The notes below the pieces were generated by a model, which was given only the letters and a program-made list of their open reading frames with translations, did no database searches and was not told where the DNA came from. The translations under genes were made by a program, and so were the position numbers. Below are positions 1-8,966 of a stretch of 64,000 nt of DNA, one piece after another. The stretch spans positions 1,574 through 65,573 of the forward strand of contig CAJOGD010000002.1 of NCBI GenBank assembly GCA_905233975.1, read 5' to 3'. The stretch comes from an uncultured Alphaproteobacteria bacterium. GTDB lineage: Bacteria > Pseudomonadota > Alphaproteobacteria > Rs-D84. How positions within the stretch are numbered: the stretch's first letter is position 1; every line of letters starts with the position of its first letter.

Positions 1-116
1 CCGCCCGGCGGCGCCCATGTGCCAAAACCATGCGTTGAAAGTCGCCGCCCAAGCAACACTTGCCCCGCCGGATTAAAAATCCAACAACCAATTCCAACAC
101 GTGTGGTTTTGCCCAT
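1..116 (-). CDS. NUDIX (MutT-family) hydrolase, N-terminal fragment running off the left edge
   Basis: The reverse complement of 1..116 reads MGKTTRVGIGCWIFNPAGQVLLGRRLSTHGFGTWAPPGG, the typical lead-in to a Nudix box. An AAGGA-like RBS lies just upstream. It is absent from the track because it has no stop in the window. Confidence 0.5.
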   Translation of the reverse strand, partial: MGKTTRVGIGCWIFNPAGQVLLGRRLSTHGFGTWAPPG

Positions 117-245
117 TTTTTGTCCTTTTTATTAAAATTTATGCTATTGCAAACTTAAAAATTGTCAATCTATTTTCGAAATTTATAAAATAATGGACAA
201 ATGCTTTTTTGTGTGCTATACAGCCGATGAGTAAAGAAGGTTTAC

Positions 246-995
246 GTGATGGCCTATGACAAAATTGATGATATCAATAGTATTCTTTGTAGTGTTCATA
301 TGGCGGCGACCGACAAAATATCGCGCAAATCAGCCATGCGTTTTTTGATGGGGCGTAATATAGAAATTGTTTGTAATTTGGCATTGGGTGGTTATAAAAA
401 GTTATTAAATGTGGCCCCTGAAAAATCAATAGGGTGTAATTATATTTTGCATTTGTTGCTTTGGGTGTTGCAATATCAAGATCGTTCGGAAATGCTATCG
501 AAAATATCAAATGAAAATATCGAAAAATTAAAAAATGCGATATTATTTGTAAAAGGATACACGTGCCCAGAATCAGGCCCTGATAAGTCAGAAGCAAAAA
601 AATTAACCAAAGAGTATCATACGCAAAACCAAAAATTGAGTTTACCCCCAGACCAAAGAAGTAAAAATACCACCGCACGCTATTCAGATCTTATTAGGTA
701 CAAAGTTGCAGAAATTTGGCCTGATGTTGTTGCACAGTTGGATGAATGGCTGGGGGTGATAGATAATTATCAAAATGGTGTCGTTGTGGCCCAAGAAAAA
801 ATAAACGAACCAGTTTCAAAAAAAAACGAGGAAGCAATAGGAGTAAAAGAAATGCCAGAAATTGAACAAATATCGGTCCCAGAAAATAAGGTTGATGCTG
901 ATAAAAGTCTTTTGAGTATGGCGGAATTGGCGGTGGAACTTGGTTTGCCAAATGTTAAAGCGCTTTTTAATAAATTTCAATGGCTTAAAAAATAG
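246..995 (+). CDS. hypothetical protein (AT-rich, possibly acquired); C-terminus looks HTH-like
   Basis: 249-aa ORF (GTG 246 / ATG 249). It ends at TAG 993..995, which is in frame with ORF 1068..1547. It is visibly lower in GC than its neighbours. No family recognised. Confidence 0.4.
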   Translation: MMAYDKIDDINSILCSVHMAATDKISRKSAMRFLMGRNIEIVCNLALGGYKKLLNVAPEKSIGCNYILHLLLWVLQYQDRSEMLSKISNENIEKLKNAILFVKGYTCPESGPDKSEAKKLTKEYHTQNQKLSLPPDQRSKNTTARYSDLIRYKVAEIWPDVVAQLDEWLGVIDNYQNGVVVAQEKINEPVSKKNEEAIGVKEMPEIEQISVPENKVDADKSLLSMAELAVELGLPNVKALFNKFQWLKK

Positions 996-1067
996 GGGCG
1001 AATTATTGATAAAGATTGGTTTGTTGGGTCGGGTGGTCGGAAAGGTAAATTCTTTAAGGTTGAACAT

Positions 1068-1547
1068 TTGCTTGAATTAAAAGAAATCTTAAAACCAACC
1101 AAAAAGAAAGGGCGTCCGTCAAAATCAAATGGAATGTCACAAAAAGTATCCAATAAGGGAGCAGGGCAAATTATACCTGTTGAGAAAGAATATGTCCCCG
1201 TAGTGGTTGAAACAAAATCACTGGCAGATGCACCTGTGACGGAATGTCCGATAAATTTGGTTGATGTCAAAGGGTTTGAAGCATATTTAGCAAAATTGAT
1301 TCAGATGAAAGAAAGGGCTGGGGACACATTGGAAGAAGCAGAAAGTGAATACAATAAGTTACACACAAGGTTACAAACTGCAGAAAATAAAAAGGTCGAT
1401 GCCCAACAGAGATTTGATGAATTGAACGCTTTGGTTACGGAAGGAAAAAATTTGTTGAGTGAGTTTACAAATGCAGAAAAAGCTTTTGATAGTAGCAGGG
1501 CAAAAGTAATAGATTTTTTGAACGCAAATAAAACTTGCGTTAAGTAA
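1068..1547 (+). CDS. hypothetical coiled-coil protein; may be the 3' part of a TAG-interrupted gene
   Basis: Same frame as 246..995, and codons 996..1067 are also open (GRIIDKDWFVGSGGRKGKFFKVEH). There is no convincing RBS. The first in-frame ATG is at 1134. Confidence 0.3.
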   Translation: MLELKEILKPTKKKGRPSKSNGMSQKVSNKGAGQIIPVEKEYVPVVVETKSLADAPVTECPINLVDVKGFEAYLAKLIQMKERAGDTLEEAESEYNKLHTRLQTAENKKVDAQQRFDELNALVTEGKNLLSEFTNAEKAFDSSRAKVIDFLNANKTCVK

Positions 1548-1573
1548 AAAATAATATATAATTTGTGGCACAT

Positions 1574-1650
1574 CGGGGCGTAGCTCAGTCTGGTAGAGTG
1601 CTTGCTTTGGGAGCAAGATGTCGAAGGTTCGAACCCTTTCGCCCCGACCA
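1574..1650 (+). tRNA. tRNA-Pro (anticodon TGG)
   Basis: CGGGGCG/CGCCCCG acceptor stem, GCTCAG..GGTAGAGT D-arm, anticodon loop TTTGGGA, GGTTCGAAC T-loop and an encoded CCA. Confidence 0.9.
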
Positions 1651-1662
1651 AAGTTTGCAAAA

Positions 1663-1688
1663 ATGCCACCGAAATGGTGGCATTTTTT
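1663..1688 (+). terminator. rho-independent terminator after tRNA-Pro
   Basis: ATGCCACC-gaaat-GGTGGCAT hairpin followed by TTTTT. Confidence 0.7.
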
Positions 1689-1820
1689 CCAAATTATGTT
1701 CGGGGCCGCGGATTCGAACGGCAAAAGTATTTGCCGATGTTCGAACCTTTGCTGTTGACGTGTTGATATTTTGTGCTAGGCTCAAAGGCAACGTATGGTA
1801 TTTGAACAAGCGGGTTATGT

Positions 1821-2741
1821 ATGGAAATATTAAAATTAACTTCGAATTATGACATGTTGGATATATATGCCGCGGCGAGTTTCCCCAGGGAAACCCCATC
1901 GGCAGTTGTTCAAATTGTACATGGAATGTGCGGTTGCAAGGAAAGGTATCAGCCGTTAATGAATTTCCTGAGCGACAATGGGTGTTTGTGTGTCGCGTCG
2001 GACCTTCGTGGCCATGGTCAAAGCGTAAAAAGTCCGAATGATCGGGGATATTTTTATTCTGGTGGATACAAGGCACTGGTAGATGATGTAAGAATTGTAT
2101 CGGATTTTTATTTACAAAAATTTCCGGACGCCCCATTGTTCCTTTTGGGGCACAGTATGGGGTCAATGGCCGCAAGAATATACGCAAAGCAAGATGATTC
2201 CAAATTATCTGGATTAATATTGTGTGGCAGCCCCAGCAAAAATCCCGAATCAAACATTGGGGCGGCTTTGACCGGTATAATATGTATGGCCGGATTTGGA
2301 AAAAGTCGTCCGGGAATTATGCAAAATATGATGGATAACAAGTATAACAAAAAATTCGCATCAGAAGGCCACAGGGCATGGACATGTTCTGACACCGAAT
2401 CCAGGGAACAAAGTAATCAAATGCCCCAATGCAATTTTAATTTTACTATAAATGGCACAAACAATTTGATGAAAATGATGTGCGAAACATATAACCCGGA
2501 TGGATGGAAAGTTTCAAATCCGACTATGCCTATACTTTTTATTTCTGGGGGAAACGATCCATGTATGATTTCAAAATCAAAATTTTACGAGGCAATAAAT
2601 GCTATGCGTCGGGTTGGGTACACAAATGTGAAATATTTGATATATCCAGAAATGAGGCACGAAGTTTTACATGAAGTCGGCAAACAAAATGTATGGAATC
2701 AGATACTGAGTTTTGTCAAAACACACCAAAAACAAAAGTAA
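1821..2741 (+). CDS. alpha/beta hydrolase (lysophospholipase / monoacylglycerol-lipase-like)
   Basis: 306 aa. HGMCG..RY, DLRGHGQS and the nucleophile elbow GHSMGS are present, with C-terminal ..GGNDP.. and ..RHE.. acid/His motifs. Confidence 0.75.
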   Translation: MEILKLTSNYDMLDIYAAASFPRETPSAVVQIVHGMCGCKERYQPLMNFLSDNGCLCVASDLRGHGQSVKSPNDRGYFYSGGYKALVDDVRIVSDFYLQKFPDAPLFLLGHSMGSMAARIYAKQDDSKLSGLILCGSPSKNPESNIGAALTGIICMAGFGKSRPGIMQNMMDNKYNKKFASEGHRAWTCSDTESREQSNQMPQCNFNFTINGTNNLMKMMCETYNPDGWKVSNPTMPILFISGGNDPCMISKSKFYEAINAMRRVGYTNVKYLIYPEMRHEVLHEVGKQNVWNQILSFVKTHQKQK

Positions 2742-2763
2742 TATTTTGCTTTAATTGTTTTTA

Positions 2764-3450
2764 TTAACTGTTTGAATTTATTAAATGTTTTATTGCATAA
2801 TTTGCCGCGAATAAACCGAATGTCCCGGTGACGGTTATAATCGATCCCATGTTTTTATCGGGTGTTTTTTGTGGCGCCGGGGTTTCGGTCGAAAACACAA
2901 CCGGGAAATCTTTGATGTCATGTTCGCGGGCCAATTTTCGGATTTGTCGCGCAAGTGGGCAGGCGACCGTTTTCGATAGTTTCGCGACTTTAACCTGGGT
3001 CGGGTCGGTTTTGCGCGCCGCGCCCATTGATGATATAAAGGGTATATCATTTTGTTCGCACCATTCGTAAAGCGCAACCTTGGACGCGATTGTGTCGATG
3101 GCGTCGATTACGAAGTCCGGACGGACGGGGAGTGCGGTATTTTTATCGAAAAAAGTGTCAATTTCGGTCACCACTATGTCGGGTGATATTGCGGCAATGT
3201 GTTCGTGGGCCGCGGCGGTTTTTCGCCAATCTAATGTGTTTTGCGTTGCAAACAGTTGGCGGTTGATATTTGATTCTTCGATTTTATCGAAATCGACCAA
3301 AATTATGTGCCCGACGCCCGACCTGGCAAGTGCCGCGATGGCGAAAGAACCGACCGCGCCGCACCCGACGACCATGACGGTTGCGCGTTTCAGTTTTGCC
3401 AAGTTTTCTTCGCCGAATAACAGACGGCACCGGTGCAATCGATCAGACAT
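2764..3450 (-). CDS. tcdA: tRNA threonylcarbamoyladenosine dehydratase (ThiF/E1-like)
   Basis: VMVVGCGAVGSFAIAALARSGVG Rossmann motif, ..SNINRQ.., DFVIDAIDT and PTQVKVAKLSKT.ACPLAR resemble TcdA/CsdL throughout. It overlaps the upstream TatD gene by 8 nt. Confidence 0.8.
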   Translation of the reverse strand: MSDRLHRCRLLFGEENLAKLKRATVMVVGCGAVGSFAIAALARSGVGHIILVDFDKIEESNINRQLFATQNTLDWRKTAAAHEHIAAISPDIVVTEIDTFFDKNTALPVRPDFVIDAIDTIASKVALYEWCEQNDIPFISSMGAARKTDPTQVKVAKLSKTVACPLARQIRKLAREHDIKDFPVVFSTETPAPQKTPDKNMGSIITVTGTFGLFAANYAIKHLINSNS

Positions 3451-4123
3451 AGTTTATAACCCCGCTAAAATTCTTGTTGATTTGTTCGTTTAATTCGGCC
3501 ACGTCGCACCCGCGCAGTTTCGCAATCTCGCGCGTGGCGTCCGCCAATGCCCGTAATTGATTTTCGGGTGCGTCGCAATCGCTTTCGACCAAGATTTTGT
3601 CCGCCGGCGCATCTTGCGCGGTATCGCTTATGCGGCCATTTTGCATTTTGTATGAGAAATATACGTTGTATTCGGCAAGCGCGGCCATGATTTCCGCATT
3701 CCCGCCGAACGCGTGTGCGATTATCGGAATGCGGGGGCGGTGTGCCTTTAGTATCCGCAACACTTTGTCCCATGCACCGACGCAGTGCAGGTGCGCCGGT
3801 CGTCCAAATTCAATGGCGATTTCGATTTGGTGCGTAAAAAGTTCGATTTGCATTTCGATGTTTGGGTGAAATTTATCAATTCCGATTTCGCCAACCATAA
3901 CTTGCGGATTTAACGTCAGGATTTCGCGCATGCGCGTGTCCCAACCAACCGGCGCACCGTCAATGTGCCATGGGTGAATGCCGATACATACGTGCGTGCG
4001 GTCGTTCGCAATCTGAATAAGTTTCTCCCAATCGGCCGCGGTCGTCGCGTTGCAAATCTGACCGGCGATTTCGGCGTCGGTCGGTGCGGCAAAGATATGA
4101 CAATGGGCGTCGGTGTATTTCAT
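3443..4123 (-). CDS. TatD-family metal-dependent hydrolase
   Basis: MKYTDAHCHI.., ..PAHLHCV.. and ..VESDCD.. motifs. I moved the start from 4276 to ATG 4123, because the longer N-terminus overlaps the divergent promoter region. Confidence 0.8.
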   Translation of the reverse strand: MKYTDAHCHIFAAPTDAEIAGQICNATTAADWEKLIQIANDRTHVCIGIHPWHIDGAPVGWDTRMREILTLNPQVMVGEIGIDKFHPNIEMQIELFTHQIEIAIEFGRPAHLHCVGAWDKVLRILKAHRPRIPIIAHAFGGNAEIMAALAEYNVYFSYKMQNGRISDTAQDAPADKILVESDCDAPENQLRALADATREIAKLRGCDVAELNEQINKNFSGVINYV

Positions 4124-4240
4124 GTTTGTTAATATAGTATGCGCCGGCCGCGCATGCAACAAATGTTTTGTGTTTTTATTCATGTTGCCATGGGCGCGCA
4201 AATGTGTTATCATTCGCAATGAAAGAAAAGCGAGGTAAAA

Positions 4241-4858
4241 ATGCAAAAAGGTTTTGAACCCGGAACGAAACGCCAAAAAATCGGCGAAGTAATCAAAAGA
4301 ATTTATCGCAATACCGCACCGCTGTTGGTGGGCGAAGCATTGCTGTTTATCGTCGCCGGTGTGTTGATGTTGGCGCGACCGATTGAGTTTTTGTCGGTAA
4401 TAACCTTTATAATCGGTGCGGCGTTGGTGGTGTTTGGGCTGTATCGGGTTAGTATGGTTTTTGTTTCTAATTTGGGTTTTAGTATCGGGACATATGATGT
4501 GTTCTTTGGCCTGGTCACGCTGATATTGGGTGTGGTGTTTTGTGTTTATCCGTATGGCGCGGCAATCGGAATGATTTATGTGTTTGTGGTTTTGTTCTTG
4601 CTGAATGCGCTGCGCATGCTGTTTTTTGCGATAAATATGTTGCGCATAGGCTTTGGATACTATCGCGTTGATTTGATTGCGGCGGTTGTGATGTTGATAT
4701 TGTCCGCGGCGCTGTTGTTCTTTCCGTTGTTGGCGGGCGGTGTGTTGGTCGGCTGCCTGGCGGCATATCTGTTTGTCTATGCGGCACTGGATATTTATAT
4801 GTTTCTTAAACTTCTAAACCTGCATCATCAAATAAGGGCAGGGCGCAAGAAGGCGTAA
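4241..4858 (+). CDS. HdeD/DUF308-like integral membrane protein
   Basis: 205 aa with about 6 hydrophobic helices. The N-terminal pattern ..LLVGEALLFIVAGVLML.RP is typical of DUF308. A GAGG RBS precedes the start. Confidence 0.55.
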   Translation: MQKGFEPGTKRQKIGEVIKRIYRNTAPLLVGEALLFIVAGVLMLARPIEFLSVITFIIGAALVVFGLYRVSMVFVSNLGFSIGTYDVFFGLVTLILGVVFCVYPYGAAIGMIYVFVVLFLLNALRMLFFAINMLRIGFGYYRVDLIAAVVMLILSAALLFFPLLAGGVLVGCLAAYLFVYAALDIYMFLKLLNLHHQIRAGRKKA

Positions 4859-4872
4859 TTGGTTGCCGTCGG

Positions 4873-5991
4873 TTATTGTTGGTCTTGGGGAATATAGATA
4901 TTTGTGTTTGCCACCGGCCCGGCGGAGAAGTTCGTGTTCGGGGCCGAACTGGTAAAGAACCGCCGCGATACAGTATCATACATGCCGACCGCGTCGCCAT
5001 GTTGCGCCGGGATAAAATTACGAACCAGGGTATCGCCGTTATAAATACTTAATTCATATATTTTTACGCTATACGCATTTATAGTTAAATCGTTATTAGC
5101 GAATAAATACATGGTGGCATCACCACTAAAATCGTTATTGGTGGGAATATATACGGTGACGCCATCTATTATAAATGCGTTTTTATCTGCAGTAAACCTG
5201 TGTATATCTGTATTCACTGTAAGCGTGGGTTTGATAAAGGCCTGGCCGAAACCGAAAAAAGCTTCGGTCGAATAAGAAAATTGAAATCTGCCACTTCCTC
5301 TATTTGTTACGCCTATTATGTAACTCCTGTTGGCGGAAGTATCGATTATCGCAAATTTCCCTTTAACTTTTGTATTCTGATTTGGGGATATTTCCGTATC
5401 AATATACTGATGTCCGTCGGATTCAATCCATTCCAGTGGCGTATAATCATTTGGTAAAACGCCATTATCCGTTATTACATTATGTATCGAGTAAACCCAA
5501 CAAAGATTTGTGTTTGGGTCGGATTCCGAACAAATAAATTCACTATCAAGTCCCTTTCTAAGTGCGGCGTTAAATGTTTTCGCGTCAATCAGGTTATCCG
5601 ACTGGGCGGCATACGATTCGCTTGTTTGATAAATTCCTTTTTGTCCGATTGTTCCGGCCGTTCCGGTGTATGTGACCGCGGTATGATCGTTGACCGGGTC
5701 GATGTCGTCCTGTTTTTGATTTAACTTTGTGTTCACACCACCAACCATGGGGATCGATTCGGTTCCGCCATTATCCAAATCCGATGTGACGGCGCGTTTT
5801 TGCACCACGCCGGCCGCGTTTGTGTATTCCATGGCTTTATTCGTGTCCGCGTCGAATTTATTTTGTCGTGTTTCCAATTCGTGTGTGACGTATTTTAACG
5901 ATGTTGCGGTTTTGCGGTCCGTCGCTTCTTCGGCGAACGCCGGCAACGCCGCCGCCATCAACCCGAACACAAACAATTTTCCTAAATGCAT
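4873..5991 (-). CDS. secreted protein, paralog A (constant N-terminal half, variable C-terminal half)
   Basis: Signal peptide MHLGKLFVFGLMAAALPAFA and a strong AAGGAG RBS. Residues ~20-195 are nearly identical to 13314..14486. The C-terminal motif is LVRNFIPAQ..GMYDTVS..FF......F.AGP...NIYIPQ. Confidence 0.8.
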   Translation of the reverse strand: MHLGKLFVFGLMAAALPAFAEEATDRKTATSLKYVTHELETRQNKFDADTNKAMEYTNAAGVVQKRAVTSDLDNGGTESIPMVGGVNTKLNQKQDDIDPVNDHTAVTYTGTAGTIGQKGIYQTSESYAAQSDNLIDAKTFNAALRKGLDSEFICSESDPNTNLCWVYSIHNVITDNGVLPNDYTPLEWIESDGHQYIDTEISPNQNTKVKGKFAIIDTSANRSYIIGVTNRGSGRFQFSYSTEAFFGFGQAFIKPTLTVNTDIHRFTADKNAFIIDGVTVYIPTNNDFSGDATMYLFANNDLTINAYSVKIYELSIYNGDTLVRNFIPAQHGDAVGMYDTVSRRFFTSSAPNTNFSAGPVANTNIYIPQDQQ

Positions 5992-6015
5992 ATCGCTCTC
6001 CTTTTTTTCTTTCTT

Positions 6016-6112
6016 CTCGTCATACCGCCGAAAGGCGGTATCTCCTCAGGCTTTCCTGAGAACTGGCCCGCGACGGTTTCGACGGGATTCCGGCTTTCGC
6101 CGGAATGACGGA
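6016..6112 (-). repeat. two-hairpin REP-like module in the 5' leader of paralog A
   Basis: CGTCATTCCGGCGAAAGCCGGAATCCC plus GAGATACCGCCTTTCGGCGGTATGACGAG (minus-strand reading). It is near-identical to 14507..14592, and one hairpin recurs at 55372..55402. Confidence 0.7.
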
Positions 6113-6427
6113 GTTTTCGCGCAATCCCGCACTAACCCCAAATAAACGAAACCACCGAAACGCTTCTAGTGGTTGGAGGTTAACGACAATTCAAGCTGAG
6201 ATTGTGTGCTTATTCTGTGGGGTATGCCCCGCATTATTCACATCCCTCCAACCAATTCTGGTTGGAGTACTTTTCGCCTTTGAATCATAAGACGCAGCTT
6301 GAAAAAGGGTCGTTACACCCCATCGACGGAACACCCGCCGACAAGATTATTCTATCAGAAAATGAAAATAAAAAACAAGTGAAAAATAAACGCGCGGTGC
6401 ACCGATGTGTAAAAATACAAAAATATA

Positions 6428-6456
6428 TTGAAAAATGCGCGGGATTTATGTATAAT
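6428..6456 (+). promoter_or_regulatory. sigma70-type promoter for hisS
   Basis: TTGAAA, 17-nt spacer, TATAAT. This leaves a leader of about 135 nt before ATG 6597. Confidence 0.55.
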
Positions 6457-6596
6457 CGGGGCATGGTACAGGTAAAAAATTTCTTTCATGTGTTTCATCA
6501 CGCCCGTTCGGGTGTGCGGTACTAGCTATATTTTCAAAAAATCAGAGTGGGGCGAATGCCCAATCAACCATATAATAATAGAATAGGGGAAATAAA

Positions 6597-7889
6597 ATGG
6601 ATTTGAAACCAACAAAACCTTTGTCAGGATTTATAGAATTATTGCCGGCCCAACAACGGTGCTTTGACGAATGCGCCCGCCGGATGCAGGAAGTTTTAAA
6701 TTATGCCGGGTATTCGCGCCTTGATTTGCCGGCGATAGAGCGGGCCGAGGTGTTGACCGATAAAGATAACTGGGACGAAATCGAAACACAGATATTTTTG
6801 TTCCAAAAAGGCGATACGAAAATGGGCTTGCGCTACGACGGGACGGTCGGGCTTGCGCGATTTGTTGCGGGGCATATGAATGATTTGGCCTTTCCGTTTC
6901 GCGTATATCAATTCGCGCGCAACTATCGTGGCGAACGACCACAGCGCGGACGCTATCGTGAATTTTGGCAAATGGATATTGATGTTTTGGGAATTCAAAA
7001 TTTGTCAACAAATTATGACGCGGAAATTGTTGCGACGCTTGCGCAAATGTATGAATCGATCTCTGATATTGTTGGGTCGGTAAAGGTAAAGGTTGGCAAT
7101 CGTCGGTTTTGGAACGCAATGTTTGAATACCTGAATCTGACACCGGAACAGGCGCGCGCGGTTTTCATTCTGGTTGATAAAAAAGACAAGATTTCGGACT
7201 TTGTTGAAGGCCTGGTTGATACCGTCGGGGCGGACAAGGCAAATGAAATTAATTCAGTGTTCACGAATGGTTATCGGTCATTTTTAAACAAAACAATGAA
7301 CCTTGATGCCGCGATAAATGAAATGGATCATTTTATGGAATTGCTGCGTGTGATGGGTGTTAAAAATGCCGAAATTGACGTTTCTATTATGCGTGGGCAC
7401 GCGTATTATACCGGCATTGTGTTCGAATTTTTCTCGGTCGATTATCCGGAATTACCGGCGGTCGGTGGCGGCGGCCGGTACGAAGATTTGGTGTCTAAAT
7501 TTTCGAAAACGCGCATAGTTGGCGTGGGTGCATCGATTGGCGTGTCGCGTTTGTTGGTTGCATTGATGGAAATGGGCAAGATTAATCTGTCAAAATGGGA
7601 GCGACCGATAGATGTTGCGATTCTTGTTATGGGTGATGACAATTTGCAATATGCGCTGACGGTCGAAAGTGCCCTGCGGAATGCGAAAATTCCATCTGTG
7701 GCGTATTTAGATGCGGACAAAAAGTTCAAAAATCAAATCGAATACGCCGACAAAATTATGGCTAAATACAGTATGATAATTGGCGAAGATGAAGCGAAAA
7801 ATAATGTTGTGGCGTTAAAAGATATGGCGACCGGGGACCAGCAAACCGTATCTGTGTCTGACGCGATAAAATTAATTCAAGGACGGTAA
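6597..7889 (+). CDS. hisS: histidine--tRNA ligase
   Basis: Class II motifs: ..RYDGTV.LARFV.., FRVYQFARNYRGERPQRGRYREFWQ.D.DVLG and GGGGRYEDL. A C-terminal anticodon-binding domain is present, so this is not HisZ. Confidence 0.9.
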   Translation: MDLKPTKPLSGFIELLPAQQRCFDECARRMQEVLNYAGYSRLDLPAIERAEVLTDKDNWDEIETQIFLFQKGDTKMGLRYDGTVGLARFVAGHMNDLAFPFRVYQFARNYRGERPQRGRYREFWQMDIDVLGIQNLSTNYDAEIVATLAQMYESISDIVGSVKVKVGNRRFWNAMFEYLNLTPEQARAVFILVDKKDKISDFVEGLVDTVGADKANEINSVFTNGYRSFLNKTMNLDAAINEMDHFMELLRVMGVKNAEIDVSIMRGHAYYTGIVFEFFSVDYPELPAVGGGGRYEDLVSKFSKTRIVGVGASIGVSRLLVALMEMGKINLSKWERPIDVAILVMGDDNLQYALTVESALRNAKIPSVAYLDADKKFKNQIEYADKIMAKYSMIIGEDEAKNNVVALKDMATGDQQTVSVSDAIKLIQGR

Positions 7890-7892
7890 AAA

Positions 7893-8957
7893 ATGGTGAT
7901 TGACCAAAAGTTGTTGGATATAAAAAAGCGCGCCGCCGATATTCAGGCCCAAATGAATTCGGGTGATGTTTCGGGAACTGAATTGACGCGCCTGTCCAAG
8001 GAGTATTCGCATGTGGCGGAAATTTTGCCGCTGGTTGATGAATATTTTACGGTAAAGCAGGGCATTGACGACGCGACCGAAATGCAACACGATCCAGAAT
8101 TGCGCGACATTGCGGCGGAGCAGTTGGAAACGCTGAAACATGCGTTGCCGGATATTGAAAAACGGTTGCAGATTGCGCTTTTGCCGCGGGACAGTGCGGA
8201 CGACAACAGTGCGATTATGGAAATTCGTGCGGGTGTCGGGGGCGAAGAATCTGCGCTGTTTGCCGGCGATTTGTTTAATCAATATAAATCTTATGCGTTG
8301 CGGCATGGGTGGAAAATCGAAATTGTTGAAGAAAATGCGACGTCGCTGCATGGGTACAAGGAAATTATCTTTAAAATTGATGGCGATGGCGTCTATGCGC
8401 GCATGAAATTTGAATCGGGGATTCATCGTGTGCAACGTGTTCCGGAAACAGAGGCGGGCGGTCGTATCCATACCAGTGCGGTTTCTGTTGCCGTCATGCC
8501 CGAGGCAGATGATATCGATGTTGCGATCGAAGAAAAAGACATTCGTATCGATGTGTTTCGTGCATCTGGCGCGGGCGGTCAACACGTGAACAAAACCGAT
8601 AGCGCGGTGCGTATTACGCACTTTCCGACGGGGATTGTTGTCACGTGCCAAAATGAACGCAGTCAGATTCAAAACAAGGCGACGGCGATGGCGGTTTTGC
8701 GGTCCAAGTTGTATGAAAAACAGCGCGCTGAACAAGATGCGGCCCGGACGTCTTCGCGACGTAGCATGGTTGGTTCCGGCGACCGCAGTGAAAAGATACG
8801 GACGTATAATTTTCCGGAACAGCGCGTGACAGATCATCGTATTAAACTAACGCTGTATAAATTGGACGATATTTTGGCCGGCGGCGAAGGGTTGGACGAA
8901 ATGATTGACGCCCTGATAGCGGCCGATCAACTGGAACGGCTTGCCGCGATGGAATAG
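7893..8957 (+). CDS. prfA: peptide chain release factor 1
   Basis: [19 protein letters not shown] (PxT region) and [21 protein letters not shown] (GGQ). The start is 3 nt after the hisS stop. The gene ends with TAG. Confidence 0.95.
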   Translation: MVIDQKLLDIKKRAADIQAQMNSGDVSGTELTRLSKEYSHVAEILPLVDEYFTVKQGIDDATEMQHDPELRDIAAEQLETLKHALPDIEKRLQIALLPRDSADDNSAIMEIRAGVGGEESALFAGDLFNQYKSYALRHGWKIEIVEENATSLHGYKEIIFKIDGDGVYARMKFESGIHRVQRVPETEAGGRIHTSAVSVAVMPEADDIDVAIEEKDIRIDVFRASGAGGQHVNKTDSAVRITHFPTGIVVTCQNERSQIQNKATAMAVLRSKLYEKQRAEQDAARTSSRRSMVGSGDRSEKIRTYNFPEQRVTDHRIKLTLYKLDDILAGGEGLDEMIDALIAADQLERLAAME

Positions 8958-8966
8958 GGCTAATTC

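Noticed and set aside
993-995. TAG reassigned as a sense codon (alternative genetic code)
   Set aside because: TAG terminates well-supported genes in the same window: prfA at 8955..8957, the ORF ending at 20621, and rpiB. RF1 is also encoded. A nonsense mutation or two separate ORFs is more parsimonious.
1695-1760. A second tRNA gene on the minus strand (CGGATTCGAACGG looks like a T-loop)
   Set aside because: No complete cloverleaf can be drawn. The T-stem has mismatches and there is no acceptor or anticodon arm. It is probably a tRNA-derived fragment.
6457-6596. T-box or other riboswitch in the hisS leader (GGGTGTGCGGTAC resembles part of the T-box GGGTGGTACCGCG)
   Set aside because: The leader is only about 135 nt. 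There is no specifier-loop, AG-bulge or F-box architecture, and the match to the T-box is interrupted. I treat it as an ordinary structured leader.
8440-8460. RF1 recognition tripeptide reads P-E-T instead of the P-A-T or P-V-T I remember
   Set aside because: The middle position of PxT is variable among RF1s as far as I recall, and TAG and TAA are both used as stops here. There is no evidence of altered decoding.
7872-8837. 321-aa minus-strand ORF
   Set aside because: It lies entirely antisense to prfA, whose product has unmistakable RF1 motifs. The antisense translation is Arg/Phe/Asn-rich low complexity, typical of shadow ORFs.
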